DNA of 64,000 nucleotides from Candidatus Nanoarchaeia archaeon (GCA_028279765.1 JANQND010000007.1:5851-69850); one strand, 5' to 3'; numbered from the stretch's first letter, positions 45,679 through 56,159 are shown. Translations and numbers: made by a program. Notes: a model not told the origin generated them from the sequence alone.

Positions 45679-48600
45679 TTACTTAATTTCTACCTCCCTA
45701 TGGATCACACGCCGAATAGCATCGTTCGAAACAACAACACGGACATCATACCATCCTGAAGCAGCGCTAAACGGTAAATCAAATCGCTCCCTCAGAGTTA
45801 TTGAGTCTCCGTCGTCTAGGTCAAAGCTTCCAAGAGGATAATACAGCCCAAGGTCATAGATAAGCGCATCAACACTAAGATCATCAAGATCTCTATCACC
45901 GGTATTACGCAAAGTTATTCCAAATTCAAGCTGGTCATCAAGCACAAATCGGTCAACCCGGCCCAGGCTAATATCACTTATGTGAAGGTCACTGTCAAGC
46001 AATGTTTTCCTTTTCGTCGAGATACATTGGTTATTTGAACATCCATGAGCACAGCTCTGCACGATAGCATCATCCACATGTTCCACGCAATGAGACTGGG
46101 GTGTTCCTGCCTGCTCACAGGTAAAGAACGAAAACTGTTGGTGCAAATCGTCAGAGCGACAAAATGCGTTCCCGAAGTAAGTAGGGGAACCACAGTCTTC
46201 ATTTTGATAACAGGTTATTGCAGGCTGGTCAGTACAACTTCCCAGTTCGCATCCAAAAGGACAAGCCTGAGTTCTTGTCGGAGTAAGCGTTGATGAGCAC
46301 TGGGAGCTCAAGCCGCTGCCTGAGCAAGTATGTGATTCGTAACTTTGATACACATCATTGCCCTGGCAAAAACTGTCTCCAACAAAGCCATCTGCTCCAC
46401 AATCACTGTTTGACAAGCAAGAGAGAGACTCATGAATACAATGAGAAGTGGTCGCTCCCGGATTCTCGCATCGATCAAGAGTTAAAGAGTTTCCATCTTC
46501 ACAATCTGAGTCTGAGAAACACTCAATTACGGGCCCATCGTTACATGCGCCGTTTGCGCAACCGTATTCACAAGGTTCAACCATTGTAGGTGTCAAACTA
46601 TCTGAGCACGACGCACTACTAGAACCAGCCTCAGAACAAGAATAGGTAACAAAATTCTGATGCACATTATCATCTTTACAGAAGGTGTCGCCTGTGAAAC
46701 TATCTACTCCACATTCAGTATCAACAAAGCAGGCAATGGGAAGATTATTGCATTGAGAATCAACGGTTCCTGGGTTCTCACAGATGTCCTCTGTAAAAAC
46801 ATCTCCATCGTCACACTGAGCATCAGCAGTACAGAGAATGGTGTCATTAATAAGAGGAGTATTGAAGCAATAAGCGTTTGCAGTTCCTGCATTAATACAA
46901 CTATCAGTTGTTGATGCATTATTATCATTACAGTCAGTGTTGTCAAAACAAGCCACAGCAGCGACTTCGACACTAACCTGTTGAAAATCGCTATCTCCAT
47001 TGCGATCTGTAAGGGACAAGGTCATGATATCTGATCCAGGAGAGAGACCTTTGAGAGTGAGCAATTTGTCCTGTAATGAGACTCCAACAGGAGACGGGAA
47101 CACACCACTAACGCCCCAGAGTAAATCTTCATCAGAGTCCTCGAGATCATACTCATATGCTGAAAGATCAATCGTTTTTGACTCGCCCTCAAGCAATATT
47201 TGATCGCTTATCCTGCCAACAATTTGAGGAGGATTGTTCAGGATAGTAAGGTCAACCTGTTCCTGCCCACCTGAACCGTCTGAAAAGTTGAATACGAAAG
47301 TAAATACCTGGCTGGTTCCAAGAAAATCGTGTGTTGCAGGAATTGGAGTAAGTTGGTAGCGGTAAATTCCAGCAGAATTATCAATAAGTTCAAGCGCAGC
47401 AGATCCGCCGGGAGGGCTAACAAGAGTCGCGCGGGAGATTAAACCATTCGCTGCAGAGCCATCAGAAATCTTAGCTGCCTCAAATTGGACATAAAGCTTT
47501 TCTCCCCTAAAGAAAAGATTATCTTCATTGTTAAACTGGCTGTCGTTATACAGTTTAAGATTAATAATGTCATATTTTTCCTCCAGAACGCCATACGAGA
47601 AAAGAGGAACGGTATCTAGGTCTCCTATACTTCCAACCCGGGATGCCTGGGCATAGACAGCATAAGAGCCAGCAGAATTCTCAACACGGCTAACATCGCA
47701 GCCTCCTGAAAGAGCATCAGTTTCGCAGGAGCCAAAGAAGTCTCCATTGCTATAATAGACATTGACTTGTGCGTCACTAACCTGAGAGGAACCAGCAGTT
47801 ACAAAAATTGAGCATATCTGTTCATGCCCTTCAATGATTTCCGAAAAACAGGAGAGCGATGCTGAAAGCTGTTCGTCTCCTTCGTTATCATCCAAAGGGT
47901 CGCTGCAGCCAGGATCAAGATCATCAATAAGACCGTCACCATCATTATCTTCTCCATCATTGCACTGTTTAACAGAAGGAGTAGAGTCGCAGTATTCATA
48001 GAGTTCGATTCCCGAGCCAGCAAGTTCGTTACTATCCTCTCCTTTAAAGTAAAGAGTATCCCCTTTTTTCACTTCAATCTGTGTCTCAGCAAAACCACAG
48101 TACTGCCGAACGCCGTTTCGTATATCAGTGATATGCTTATCATCACATTCACCAACATATTTAGAATGCAAAAGTACTTTATCATACGATCTTGTTCCAT
48201 GGCTTGTAACCGCAAAGTTATACAGTAGTACGCCCTCCCTTGAATAAATACAGGCAGAGTCATCCCCTCCTGGGCAATAAAAAGCGCTATCTAGTCCCTG
48301 GATAACTACCACTTCCTTGGAAGGTTTTTGTAGCAGAACTAATCCTCCATCGCGCATTTTATTCTTAAAAGTGAGCAGACCGTCCTCTGCAATGTGCAAA
48401 GCAGATTGCATCTTATATTCCTTATTTCGAAGAGGCTCAAAAACTTTTACTGCAGGACTAAGGTCAACAAACTCAGCAGATCTTTCCCATTTTCCCTTTT
48501 CCGATCGTTTCACCTTTGAAGTTAAATACAAAGTGTCAGACCAGTCAATAATTTTTTCCTTGCCCTCTACACACTCAACAAGTTCTTCATCTTCAGTGTT

Positions 48601-49125
48601 ATCGGAAGGATCAACACAGCCAGGGTCATCAAGGTCAACGAGTCCATCGTTATCGTTATCCTCACGGTCATTACATTGAGTAAAGCAGCCAGCTGACTTT
48701 ATTCGCAGGGAGTTATATTCGTGAGCGATTCTGTTTTTAGGGAAGCGTAGGAAGCCATCCTCAGTGATGGTTTCCTTGATAAGTTTATGAGTAAAAGTTA
48801 CTTCTTTTATTTTGTGCTTGCTGGCATTGAGAATAAATACCTTGACCTTCGCAGCTACACCCTTTCCCAGAAACTGATGCTCAATAATATCCCCCGACTT
48901 AACCCGAACATCTACGCTCCGGTCCCAGGCAATATAATCATCGTTGCGCTGAAATTGAGAGTGCAGCACCTGGCCATTCCTGTTCCATACCTTAGCAAGA
49001 TCATCTCCGGATCCTGCAAAGTCCTGTGCGTAGATCTTTCGATCAAAACAGGATTCCGTTGCGCTAACAAAGCTCAAAGAAAACAAGAAGAGTAATGAGA
49101 AAAGAATTTTTTTGATCGTGCTCAT
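45679..49125 (-). CDS. Giant secreted Cys-rich modular protein with Ca-binding-like repeats
   Basis: Signal peptide, DNDNDGLVDLDDPGC and DGEDNDGDGLIDDLDPGC motifs, and alternating Cys-rich module types repeated three to four times. Confidence 0.7.
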   Translation of the reverse strand: MSTIKKILFSLLFLFSLSFVSATESCFDRKIYAQDFAGSGDDLAKVWNRNGQVLHSQFQRNDDYIAWDRSVDVRVKSGDIIEHQFLGKGVAAKVKVFILNASKHKIKEVTFTHKLIKETITEDGFLRFPKNRIAHEYNSLRIKSAGCFTQCNDREDNDNDGLVDLDDPGCVDPSDNTEDEELVECVEGKEKIIDWSDTLYLTSKVKRSEKGKWERSAEFVDLSPAVKVFEPLRNKEYKMQSALHIAEDGLLTFKNKMRDGGLVLLQKPSKEVVVIQGLDSAFYCPGGDDSACIYSREGVLLYNFAVTSHGTRSYDKVLLHSKYVGECDDKHITDIRNGVRQYCGFAETQIEVKKGDTLYFKGEDSNELAGSGIELYEYCDSTPSVKQCNDGEDNDGDGLIDDLDPGCSDPLDDNEGDEQLSASLSCFSEIIEGHEQICSIFVTAGSSQVSDAQVNVYYSNGDFFGSCETDALSGGCDVSRVENSAGSYAVYAQASRVGSIGDLDTVPLFSYGVLEEKYDIINLKLYNDSQFNNEDNLFFRGEKLYVQFEAAKISDGSAANGLISRATLVSPPGGSAALELIDNSAGIYRYQLTPIPATHDFLGTSQVFTFVFNFSDGSGGQEQVDLTILNNPPQIVGRISDQILLEGESKTIDLSAYEYDLEDSDEDLLWGVSGVFPSPVGVSLQDKLLTLKGLSPGSDIMTLSLTDRNGDSDFQQVSVEVAAVACFDNTDCNDNNASTTDSCINAGTANAYCFNTPLINDTILCTADAQCDDGDVFTEDICENPGTVDSQCNNLPIACFVDTECGVDSFTGDTFCKDDNVHQNFVTYSCSEAGSSSASCSDSLTPTMVEPCEYGCANGACNDGPVIECFSDSDCEDGNSLTLDRCENPGATTSHCIHESLSCLSNSDCGADGFVGDSFCQGNDVYQSYESHTCSGSGLSSQCSSTLTPTRTQACPFGCELGSCTDQPAITCYQNEDCGSPTYFGNAFCRSDDLHQQFSFFTCEQAGTPQSHCVEHVDDAIVQSCAHGCSNNQCISTKRKTLLDSDLHISDISLGRVDRFVLDDQLEFGITLRNTGDRDLDDLSVDALIYDLGLYYPLGSFDLDDGDSITLRERFDLPFSAASGWYDVRVVVSNDAIRRVIHREVEIK

Positions 49126-49304
49126 ACCGTAACCCCCAATAGAAATCAGGAAGTGTAAACATATTTATAAATCTTTTTCATTTTTACCATTTTAAAATAG
49201 TAAATAAAAAAGCAAGCGCTCAAGGTTTCAGATGGAGAATCCAGTGTTTTCAATAAATTTATAAATCAATTCCTGATTCAAATTAAGCAAGTGAGGGGAA
49301 CAAC

Positions 49305-52300
49305 GTGGCAGAGCAGGATGACGACGAAATAAGTATAGACTTCTCAAAGATAAAAAATATCTTCAAAAAGAAGGCAGAAAAGGAAAAAGTACAGGTAGTT
49401 GAGCAGAAAGCAGAAGAAATCGAAAGTTACTCTCACAGCGCTAAAGATAAAGAGCGCGTTGAAGGTCTGAAAGATCAACCAAGAAAACAGGAGGATGAAG
49501 AAATCTCATTCGATTTTTCAAAGATAACCGGATTTTTCAAAAAACTGGGAAAGGATTCAGGTAATTCGCATCTGAAAAAAGGGGGGAGAGAAAAACAAAG
49601 CAGCGATGATGAATTCTCATTCGATTTCAGGAAAGCGTGGAGTTTTATCAATAAGCATAAAGTGTTGCTGCTTATACTCATTCCGCTTCTCTTTTCTGTA
49701 TACCTGAGAACTATCCCAGGTCATCTTCCCATTACTGATAATTGGGCAGAGAGTACTCTCCTTAATGGGGCACAGCAGCAAATTGAATCCCAGGTAAGGT
49801 CACAGTATCCCAATCTGCCCGAAGAAAATATCAATAATCTCATTAGTACCCAGATGCAGCAATTACTGAATGCAGAAAGGGGACAATTTGAACAGCAGGT
49901 AAGTTTACTCTCCGAGCAATTTAAGTCCAGGCTCCAAAAAGATGGTCAAACATATCTTATAGCTATCGACCCCTATTTTTGGATGCTGCATGCGCAAAGT
50001 ATACTTGAGAGAGGGTACCCGGGTGATCTGCTGAGAAATCCGCAGACTATGGAGGAATGTAGCAGGATCGCAAAGGACTGTGTTCCCTGGGATCAACACA
50101 TGGAAGCTCCTCTTGGAAGAAAAACCCCATACGACATGTTTCATGCTTATGCAGTTGCATATACACATAAAATTCTAAGCATCTTCAATCCAAAACAGGA
50201 CATTATGAGTTCTGCATTTATTGTACCTATTATTCTTGCATCTCTTTGCGTCATACCTGCGTTTTTCATTGCGCGAAAAGTAGGAGGTAATTTTGCAGGC
50301 TTCGTAGCAGGTTTCTTTGTTGCTATACATCCCGCATTTCTCACAAGAACGGTGGGAGGGTTTTCTGACACTGATGCCTATAATGTGCTTTTCCCCCTGC
50401 TCATTACCTGGCTCTTTCTGGAAGCATATGAGGTCAAGCAAAAATGGAAGAGCATCCTCATTACCTGCAGTGCAGGTTTAGCTATTGGTTTATACAGTGT
50501 TACCTGGGGAGGATGGTGGTACATCTTTGATTTCATCATCGGGTCGCTTGTTATTTATCTTATTATCTACGTGCTCATTCACAGAGATGAAATTAAGGTG
50601 CTGCACAAACAGGAAACAATCAGGAAAAATGCAACCATTGGCATACTCCTTTTCGTATCCACTCTGATTTTTACCAGTATTATTTCGGAATTTTCGACAT
50701 TTATGCAGGCATTCAGGGGGCCCTTGAACTTCATCACATTCAAGGAAGTGGGGATATCAACTATTTGGCCAAATGTTATTACCACAGTTGCTGAGCAGAA
50801 CGCAGCATCTCTAAATAGTGTGATCACTCAAATAGGGACTAATTCGCTTGTAATTTTCATATTATCCATATTCGGAATCACCTTAACCTTATTACAAAGA
50901 AACAGTAGCAGTAAAATCGATTTATACTATACGATTATCTCACTTATTTGGATAAGTATCGTCCTTGCGATTCGACCTGACTTACCGGTAATGATCGCCT
51001 TAATTACGCTTCCACTGATTGCGAAGATTGTATTCGCTATATATTCAAAGGACACAGCAATTGATTTTAAGCTCGCCATCATCCTTATTATCTGGTTCAC
51101 TTCTACCCTGTATGCAAGTACCAAAGGGGTTCGGTTTATGCTATTGCTTGTACCCGCAGCTTCAATAGGTCTAGGCATAGCCCTTGGCCACATAGTGGAG
51201 CAGGTTTCAAGGTTCATGAATAGAAGCCTTGACTTGAATAGGACATTGAGCAAATCAATTATTGTACTTGTACTCCTCTTCGCACTATTTATCAGTCCGT
51301 TCAATACCGCAAGAGCAACGGCATCACAGGAAATACCCAGTATGAATGATGCGTGGTATAGCGCACTTGAGAAGGTTCGTTTAGAATCTGAGCCGGATGC
51401 TATTATTAATTCCTGGTGGGACTTTGGCCATTGGTTCAAAGCTATTGGCAATCGTGCGGTGACATTTGATGGGACATCTCAGAACACTCCCATGGCTCAT
51501 TGGATAGGACATGTGCTCTTGACGAACGATGAAGATAAGGCGGTAGGTCTGCTGCGAATGCTGGACTGTGGGTCCAATTCCGCGTTTGAGAAACTTGATG
51601 CAGCAGTAAACGATGGTGCAAGGTCGGTAAGCATCCTGCATACCATTGCTCCTCTAAACAGAGAAGATGCAAAAAAGGAACTTCTTAAATATACTGACAA
51701 TACTCAGGCAGAAGAAGTGCTCAGGTACAGCCATTGTACTCCCCCCGAAAACTATTTTATTACCTCAGATGATATGATAGGGAAATCGGGTGTGTGGGGT
51801 CATTTTGGGAGCTGGGATTTCGACAGGGCACTCATTTATAATACGCTAAAAAAGAAAGAGTTTGAAAACGATAAAGAAAAAAGCGTTTCATTTCTTAAAG
51901 AGCGCTTTAGTTTTTCTGATGAAGAAGCTGAGGAGTTTTTCTTTGAAGTAAGAAATATTCAGGATAGCAATGAAGCAAACAACTGGATCGCTCCCTGGCC
52001 AGGGTACGCCTCAACGGTTATAGGCTGTCAAAACCGAAACGAGGATATAATCGTATGCCCGGTAAATGGAAGGGGGGGAACCCTGAACATGGAAGTGAAC
52101 CTCAAAGAAAAAACAGCCGCAGCTGAAACACCGGTGGGGGTAAATCATCCGCAGGCAATCGCGTTCATAACAAAAGAAGGCATAGAAAAAACAGAATACA
52201 AGAACAATACCTTTGGAGCTGCAATGACCCTTATTCCACAGGGAGATTCATGGAATTATATTATGTCAGCAAGTCCTCTTGAAGACAGCATGTTTACCCG

Positions 52301-52487
52301 GTTATTTTTTACTGACGGTCATGGGCTTAAAAAATTCAAGAAATTCACTGAAGAGCATTCCGTAGTCGGAAATAGGATAATTGTGTGGAAAGTAGATTGG
52401 GAAGGAAAAGAGGAGAATAAAGTGTTCTTCAATGAAGAAGAACAGGATGCTCAGATAGACCCGGTCCAGGAAGGCCATAGTGCATAA
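49305..52487 (+). CDS. aglB: Archaeal oligosaccharyltransferase (STT3 family)
   Basis: WWDFG motif at 51414-51428, about 13 TM helices, and a large C-terminal soluble domain. GTG start as given in the ORF track. Confidence 0.9.
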   Translation: MAEQDDDEISIDFSKIKNIFKKKAEKEKVQVVEQKAEEIESYSHSAKDKERVEGLKDQPRKQEDEEISFDFSKITGFFKKLGKDSGNSHLKKGGREKQSSDDEFSFDFRKAWSFINKHKVLLLILIPLLFSVYLRTIPGHLPITDNWAESTLLNGAQQQIESQVRSQYPNLPEENINNLISTQMQQLLNAERGQFEQQVSLLSEQFKSRLQKDGQTYLIAIDPYFWMLHAQSILERGYPGDLLRNPQTMEECSRIAKDCVPWDQHMEAPLGRKTPYDMFHAYAVAYTHKILSIFNPKQDIMSSAFIVPIILASLCVIPAFFIARKVGGNFAGFVAGFFVAIHPAFLTRTVGGFSDTDAYNVLFPLLITWLFLEAYEVKQKWKSILITCSAGLAIGLYSVTWGGWWYIFDFIIGSLVIYLIIYVLIHRDEIKVLHKQETIRKNATIGILLFVSTLIFTSIISEFSTFMQAFRGPLNFITFKEVGISTIWPNVITTVAEQNAASLNSVITQIGTNSLVIFILSIFGITLTLLQRNSSSKIDLYYTIISLIWISIVLAIRPDLPVMIALITLPLIAKIVFAIYSKDTAIDFKLAIILIIWFTSTLYASTKGVRFMLLLVPAASIGLGIALGHIVEQVSRFMNRSLDLNRTLSKSIIVLVLLFALFISPFNTARATASQEIPSMNDAWYSALEKVRLESEPDAIINSWWDFGHWFKAIGNRAVTFDGTSQNTPMAHWIGHVLLTNDEDKAVGLLRMLDCGSNSAFEKLDAAVNDGARSVSILHTIAPLNREDAKKELLKYTDNTQAEEVLRYSHCTPPENYFITSDDMIGKSGVWGHFGSWDFDRALIYNTLKKKEFENDKEKSVSFLKERFSFSDEEAEEFFFEVRNIQDSNEANNWIAPWPGYASTVIGCQNRNEDIIVCPVNGRGGTLNMEVNLKEKTAAAETPVGVNHPQAIAFITKEGIEKTEYKNNTFGAAMTLIPQGDSWNYIMSASPLEDSMFTRLFFTDGHGLKKFKKFTEEHSVVGNRIIVWKVDWEGKEENKVFFNEEEQDAQIDPVQEGHSA

Positions 52488-52518
52488 AAATAAGGAAGAA
52501 TACCATTTTTTTCTCAGG

Positions 52519-53178
52519 ATGAGCGCATCAATTTGGGCGGTAATAGCTGCCAAGAACGAAGAAAAAGACATCAGCAGCGTCATCAAAGAAACAAAAAAGT
52601 TTGTTGATGAAGTGATTGTAGTAGATGACGGCTCTTCGGATTCTACCGGTGCTATAGCGAAAAAAGCCGGCGCTACGCTGCTCACCCATGTAGTAAACCT
52701 CGGTAAAGGTGCAGCAACAAATACCGGATGCGAATATGCCATCTCAAAAAATGCAAAGATAATAGTCCTCCTCGATGCGGATGGGCAGCATGAGCCAAAA
52801 GACATACCTAAATTTGTGCAGGCATTACGCGGTAACGATATCGTCTTTGGCATCCGCACAGAGAAAAAAAGTATGCCGCTCATCCTTAAATTCGGGAACA
52901 ATGCCATAAACAGGATTGCATATGTTTTGTTCGGGATCTATATTGCCGATACGCAGTGCGGGTTCCGGGCCTTCAGGGCAGCTACATACAAAAAAATAAG
53001 ATGGAAGAGCAGAAACTACAGCATGGAATCTGAAATGATAGCGCATGTCGGAAAGAAAAGATTAAAATATGCGCAGATTCCCATAAGCACCATATATGCT
53101 GATAAGTATAAAGGAACAACAGTTATTGACGGGATAAAGATTGTCCTCAATATGGTTTGGTGGAAGATTTCCAGGTAA
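52519..53178 (+). CDS. GT2 polyprenyl/dolichyl-phosphate glycosyltransferase
   Basis: Trimmed to MSASIWAVIAAKNEEKDI. VVDDGSSDST and LDADGQH motifs. Confidence 0.85.
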   Translation: MSASIWAVIAAKNEEKDISSVIKETKKFVDEVIVVDDGSSDSTGAIAKKAGATLLTHVVNLGKGAATNTGCEYAISKNAKIIVLLDADGQHEPKDIPKFVQALRGNDIVFGIRTEKKSMPLILKFGNNAINRIAYVLFGIYIADTQCGFRAFRAATYKKIRWKSRNYSMESEMIAHVGKKRLKYAQIPISTIYADKYKGTTVIDGIKIVLNMVWWKISR

Positions 53179-53187
53179 AAGAAAAAA

Positions 53188-53514
53188 ATGGTACTCGGTA
53201 TTCAGATTATTGGACTATGCTTCGGGCTTTTCATGGCCTATTACTCTTTCCTGCATTTCAAGCGAAAAGAGTTTACGCTTAAGGAATTCGGCTTTTGGAT
53301 CGTGCTTTGGATAGCATTCACATACGTCTCCTTGTTTCCTTCCACTTTGGAATTTGTCGTAAAGAGGCTGAATCTGGGAAGAGCCATGGATCTTTTCACA
53401 ATCATTGGCTTCATGGTACTCATTGCTATGTTTTTTTACACGTATAATCTTGTGCGTGAAAACCAGAGAAAGATCGAAAAGATCGTAAGAAAGGTTGCAA
53501 AGAAGAGAAAATAA
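53188..53514 (+). CDS. DUF2304-like small membrane protein
   Basis: Three TM helices. Typical partner downstream of a GT2 gene. Confidence 0.55.
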   Translation: MVLGIQIIGLCFGLFMAYYSFLHFKRKEFTLKEFGFWIVLWIAFTYVSLFPSTLEFVVKRLNLGRAMDLFTIIGFMVLIAMFFYTYNLVRENQRKIEKIVRKVAKKRK

Positions 53515-53599
53515 GAAAAAAATAATCCCTAATCAGGAGGTCTCGCAGCACATTCTTCTTCAGAAACCATTATAAACACTCCCCGCACTATTTCTTCGC

Positions 53600-54700
53600 A
53601 TGGTTGAGACCATTAAATTCATTGATAGATATGCAGGGACTCTATTGTGTGCGATGCTTGGCATAGTAAGCAAAAAGAATTCTAAGGCACCTGAAAAGCC
53701 AAAAAGAATAGCAGTCATCCAGCTCTGGGGGGTTGGCGAAACTATCCTGACACTTCCTGCAATTAAAGCATTAAGAAAGAAATATCCTAAAGCAGAAATA
53801 GACATTCTTTGCACTGCAAGAAATAAGGATGTGTACTATGATCAAAAAGTGAGCATCATTGATATTTCACTCAACCCGCTCTCTATCGCATCCCTTATGC
53901 TCAAAAACTACAGGGAATATGACATAGTAATTGATCTCGAGGAGTATCTGAACATTTCTGCTCTGATCGCATTCTTTGTTGGAAAGTTCAGGGTAGGATA
54001 CTCCCATAGTGCAAGGAGCAGGCTCTACCATCAGTCAGTACCCTACAACGATAACCAGCACGTTTCACAGACGTTCATGGATCCTCTACAGGTTTTAGGT
54101 ATCAGGCAGAAGGTAACGCAATTAGAAGATGTCCGGTATCCAAAAGAGAAAGAACAAAAAGTAAAGAAATTGTTACAGGGAATAAATACAAGAAGTCCTA
54201 TGGTAGGAATTTCTGCAGGAGCAGCAGAGTCCGCTAAAAGCAGGATGTGGCCTGAAGAAAAATGGGCGGCACTGATCGACAAAATAAGTGCACACAAAGG
54301 ATCAACCTTCATTCTTCTTGGAGCAGGTGATGTGAAAGAGACGAATAAAAAGATTATAAGCAAAGTAAAGCAGAAAAAAAATACTCATAATTTTGCGGGG
54401 ATAACTGATGTTCCCGAACTCTTTGCACTGTGTAAAAAGCTGGACCTCATGATCTCCATTGATTCAGGGCCCATGCACATTGCAGCTGCACAGAGGATAA
54501 AAACGATTGGACTCTTCTGCCCTAATACTCCGATAAGATTCGGTCCTCTGGGGAAAAACAATGTATCCATATACAAACCAATTCTTAAAAAGCCCTGTAT
54601 CAATGTGCATAAGGGGGAGGTCCCTGAATGCAGGGGCCACAATCACATGAGCAGAATAACAGTTGAGGATGTCTTTAAGGCTGTGAAGAGACTGTTGTAG
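53600..54700 (+). CDS. GT9-family glycosyltransferase (heptosyltransferase-like)
   Basis: RIAVIQLWGVGETILTLPAIKALRKKYPKAEIDIL and DSGPMHIAAA motifs, characteristic of the WaaC/WaaF family. Confidence 0.85.
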   Translation: MVETIKFIDRYAGTLLCAMLGIVSKKNSKAPEKPKRIAVIQLWGVGETILTLPAIKALRKKYPKAEIDILCTARNKDVYYDQKVSIIDISLNPLSIASLMLKNYREYDIVIDLEEYLNISALIAFFVGKFRVGYSHSARSRLYHQSVPYNDNQHVSQTFMDPLQVLGIRQKVTQLEDVRYPKEKEQKVKKLLQGINTRSPMVGISAGAAESAKSRMWPEEKWAALIDKISAHKGSTFILLGAGDVKETNKKIISKVKQKKNTHNFAGITDVPELFALCKKLDLMISIDSGPMHIAAAQRIKTIGLFCPNTPIRFGPLGKNNVSIYKPILKKPCINVHKGEVPECRGHNHMSRITVEDVFKAVKRLL

Positions 54701-54713
54701 TCATGCAATAAGC

Positions 54714-55448
54714 TCACCCAAAATGTTCATACTCGCCATACGTAAAAAACCCAACTAATTGCTTGAGCTTTGCCAGCAGAGGAAATAAGTCCTGCTCCAA
54801 AGATTTACCCTCGATCAATTCAAAGGCTTCTTTCTTAAAAATATAGATTCCTGCATTAACAATATGGGAGCTGAGTGCTGCTTTTTTTTCCTTGAAATCA
54901 ATAATCAAATCCCCATCCAAGATTGCAGTGCCATAATCCGAAGATTTCTCGCGGGTCATAAGGCCCATCGTGACAAGTTTGTCAAGCTGCAGGTGCTTGT
55001 GAACCATTTTAGAAAGATCAAAACGATTAAAAGTATCCGCGGACATGACCAGAAAAGAGCCATTCAGTGTTTCTTTGAGGGACAAGAGGGCCGATGCGTT
55101 GCCCCTCGAATCATTCTCAATGATTTCCACCATGGAATCCTTGAGCTCTTCGCGAAGAGACAGCTTTGCTTTACTGGTAACTAAAAGGACTTTCTTGATG
55201 CCATAGCGTGCTAGAAAATCAATTTGGTTTCGAATGAGTGATTTTCCTTTAAACATCTTCAGGGCAATGTCCTGGTGTGAACCTTTCAGTAACAGGACAG
55301 CAGTAGTAAGAGAGTCCTGTGAGATTCCTTTGCGAAGATAGTATTCAATTCCCTGGCTCCGCGAACGAATAATGGACCCATCGACCTTAGAGTCAATAAG
55401 CTCAAGCAGGGATTGTTCAATAGAAATCGCGATCTTGTTTTTAATCAT
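54714..55448 (-). CDS. Ribbon-helix-helix domain fused to a degenerate sugar nucleotidyltransferase-like domain
   Basis: N-terminus KIAISIEQSLLELID...RSRSQGIEYYLRKG is CopG/NikR-like. The remainder resembles the NTP-transferase fold but lacks the GxGxR loop. Confidence 0.55.
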   Translation of the reverse strand: MIKNKIAISIEQSLLELIDSKVDGSIIRSRSQGIEYYLRKGISQDSLTTAVLLLKGSHQDIALKMFKGKSLIRNQIDFLARYGIKKVLLVTSKAKLSLREELKDSMVEIIENDSRGNASALLSLKETLNGSFLVMSADTFNRFDLSKMVHKHLQLDKLVTMGLMTREKSSDYGTAILDGDLIIDFKEKKAALSSHIVNAGIYIFKKEAFELIEGKSLEQDLFPLLAKLKQLVGFFTYGEYEHFG

Positions 55449-55574
55449 AGTAATACCCAGTAATACTTTAAGTATTTAAATATTACGAACAAAAAAGAGA
55501 AAAAAAGCACAAAATTTAAATAATAAATAAGATATTAGTATGAAAAAGTAATACTTTCGGAGATAGTGATCACC

Positions 55575-56159
55575 ATGCAAAACACAAAACAAATGATGCA
55601 GGAGAGCATCCAGACAAAAGAATCCTTTTTGCAGCAGGAAGAAAACATCAATAAAGCAGCAGAAGCAATAATTGAATGTTTCAAAGAAGGCAACAAAGTG
55701 CTCATCTGTGGCAATGGGGGATCAGCTGCTGATGCGCAACACATAGCTGCAGAATTTGTTGGAAGATACAAGTTAGAAAGAGAAGGGTATCCTGCTATTG
55801 CTTTGACAACGGACTCATCTATACTTACAGCATGGTCAAACGATTACTCTTATGATACCGTTTTCGAGCGCCAGGTGCAGGCCTTAGGGCAGAAAGGAGA
55901 TATTCTTCTGGGAATTTCAACATCAGGGAATTCAGAAAATATAGTGAAGGCGTTTGAGAAGGGAAAAGAAAAGAGCTTAACACTCATTTCACTTACCGGA
56001 AACAAAGGAGGAAAGCTCAAAGGAATGAGCAACATCAATATAGATGTTGATTCAAACAACACACCAAGAATTCAGGAGTGCCATATCTTAGCATATCACA
56101 TCATCTGTGAGATTGTTGAAAGAGAGTTAGTAAAAGAAGAGCAGAATAATGAAAATTAG
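55575..56159 (+). CDS. gmhA: Sedoheptulose-7-phosphate isomerase
   Basis: SIS domain with GNGGSAADAQHIAAEFVGRY and GISTSGNSENI motifs. An alternative start lies at 55566. Confidence 0.85.
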   Translation: MQNTKQMMQESIQTKESFLQQEENINKAAEAIIECFKEGNKVLICGNGGSAADAQHIAAEFVGRYKLEREGYPAIALTTDSSILTAWSNDYSYDTVFERQVQALGQKGDILLGISTSGNSENIVKAFEKGKEKSLTLISLTGNKGGKLKGMSNINIDVDSNNTPRIQECHILAYHIICEIVERELVKEEQNNEN

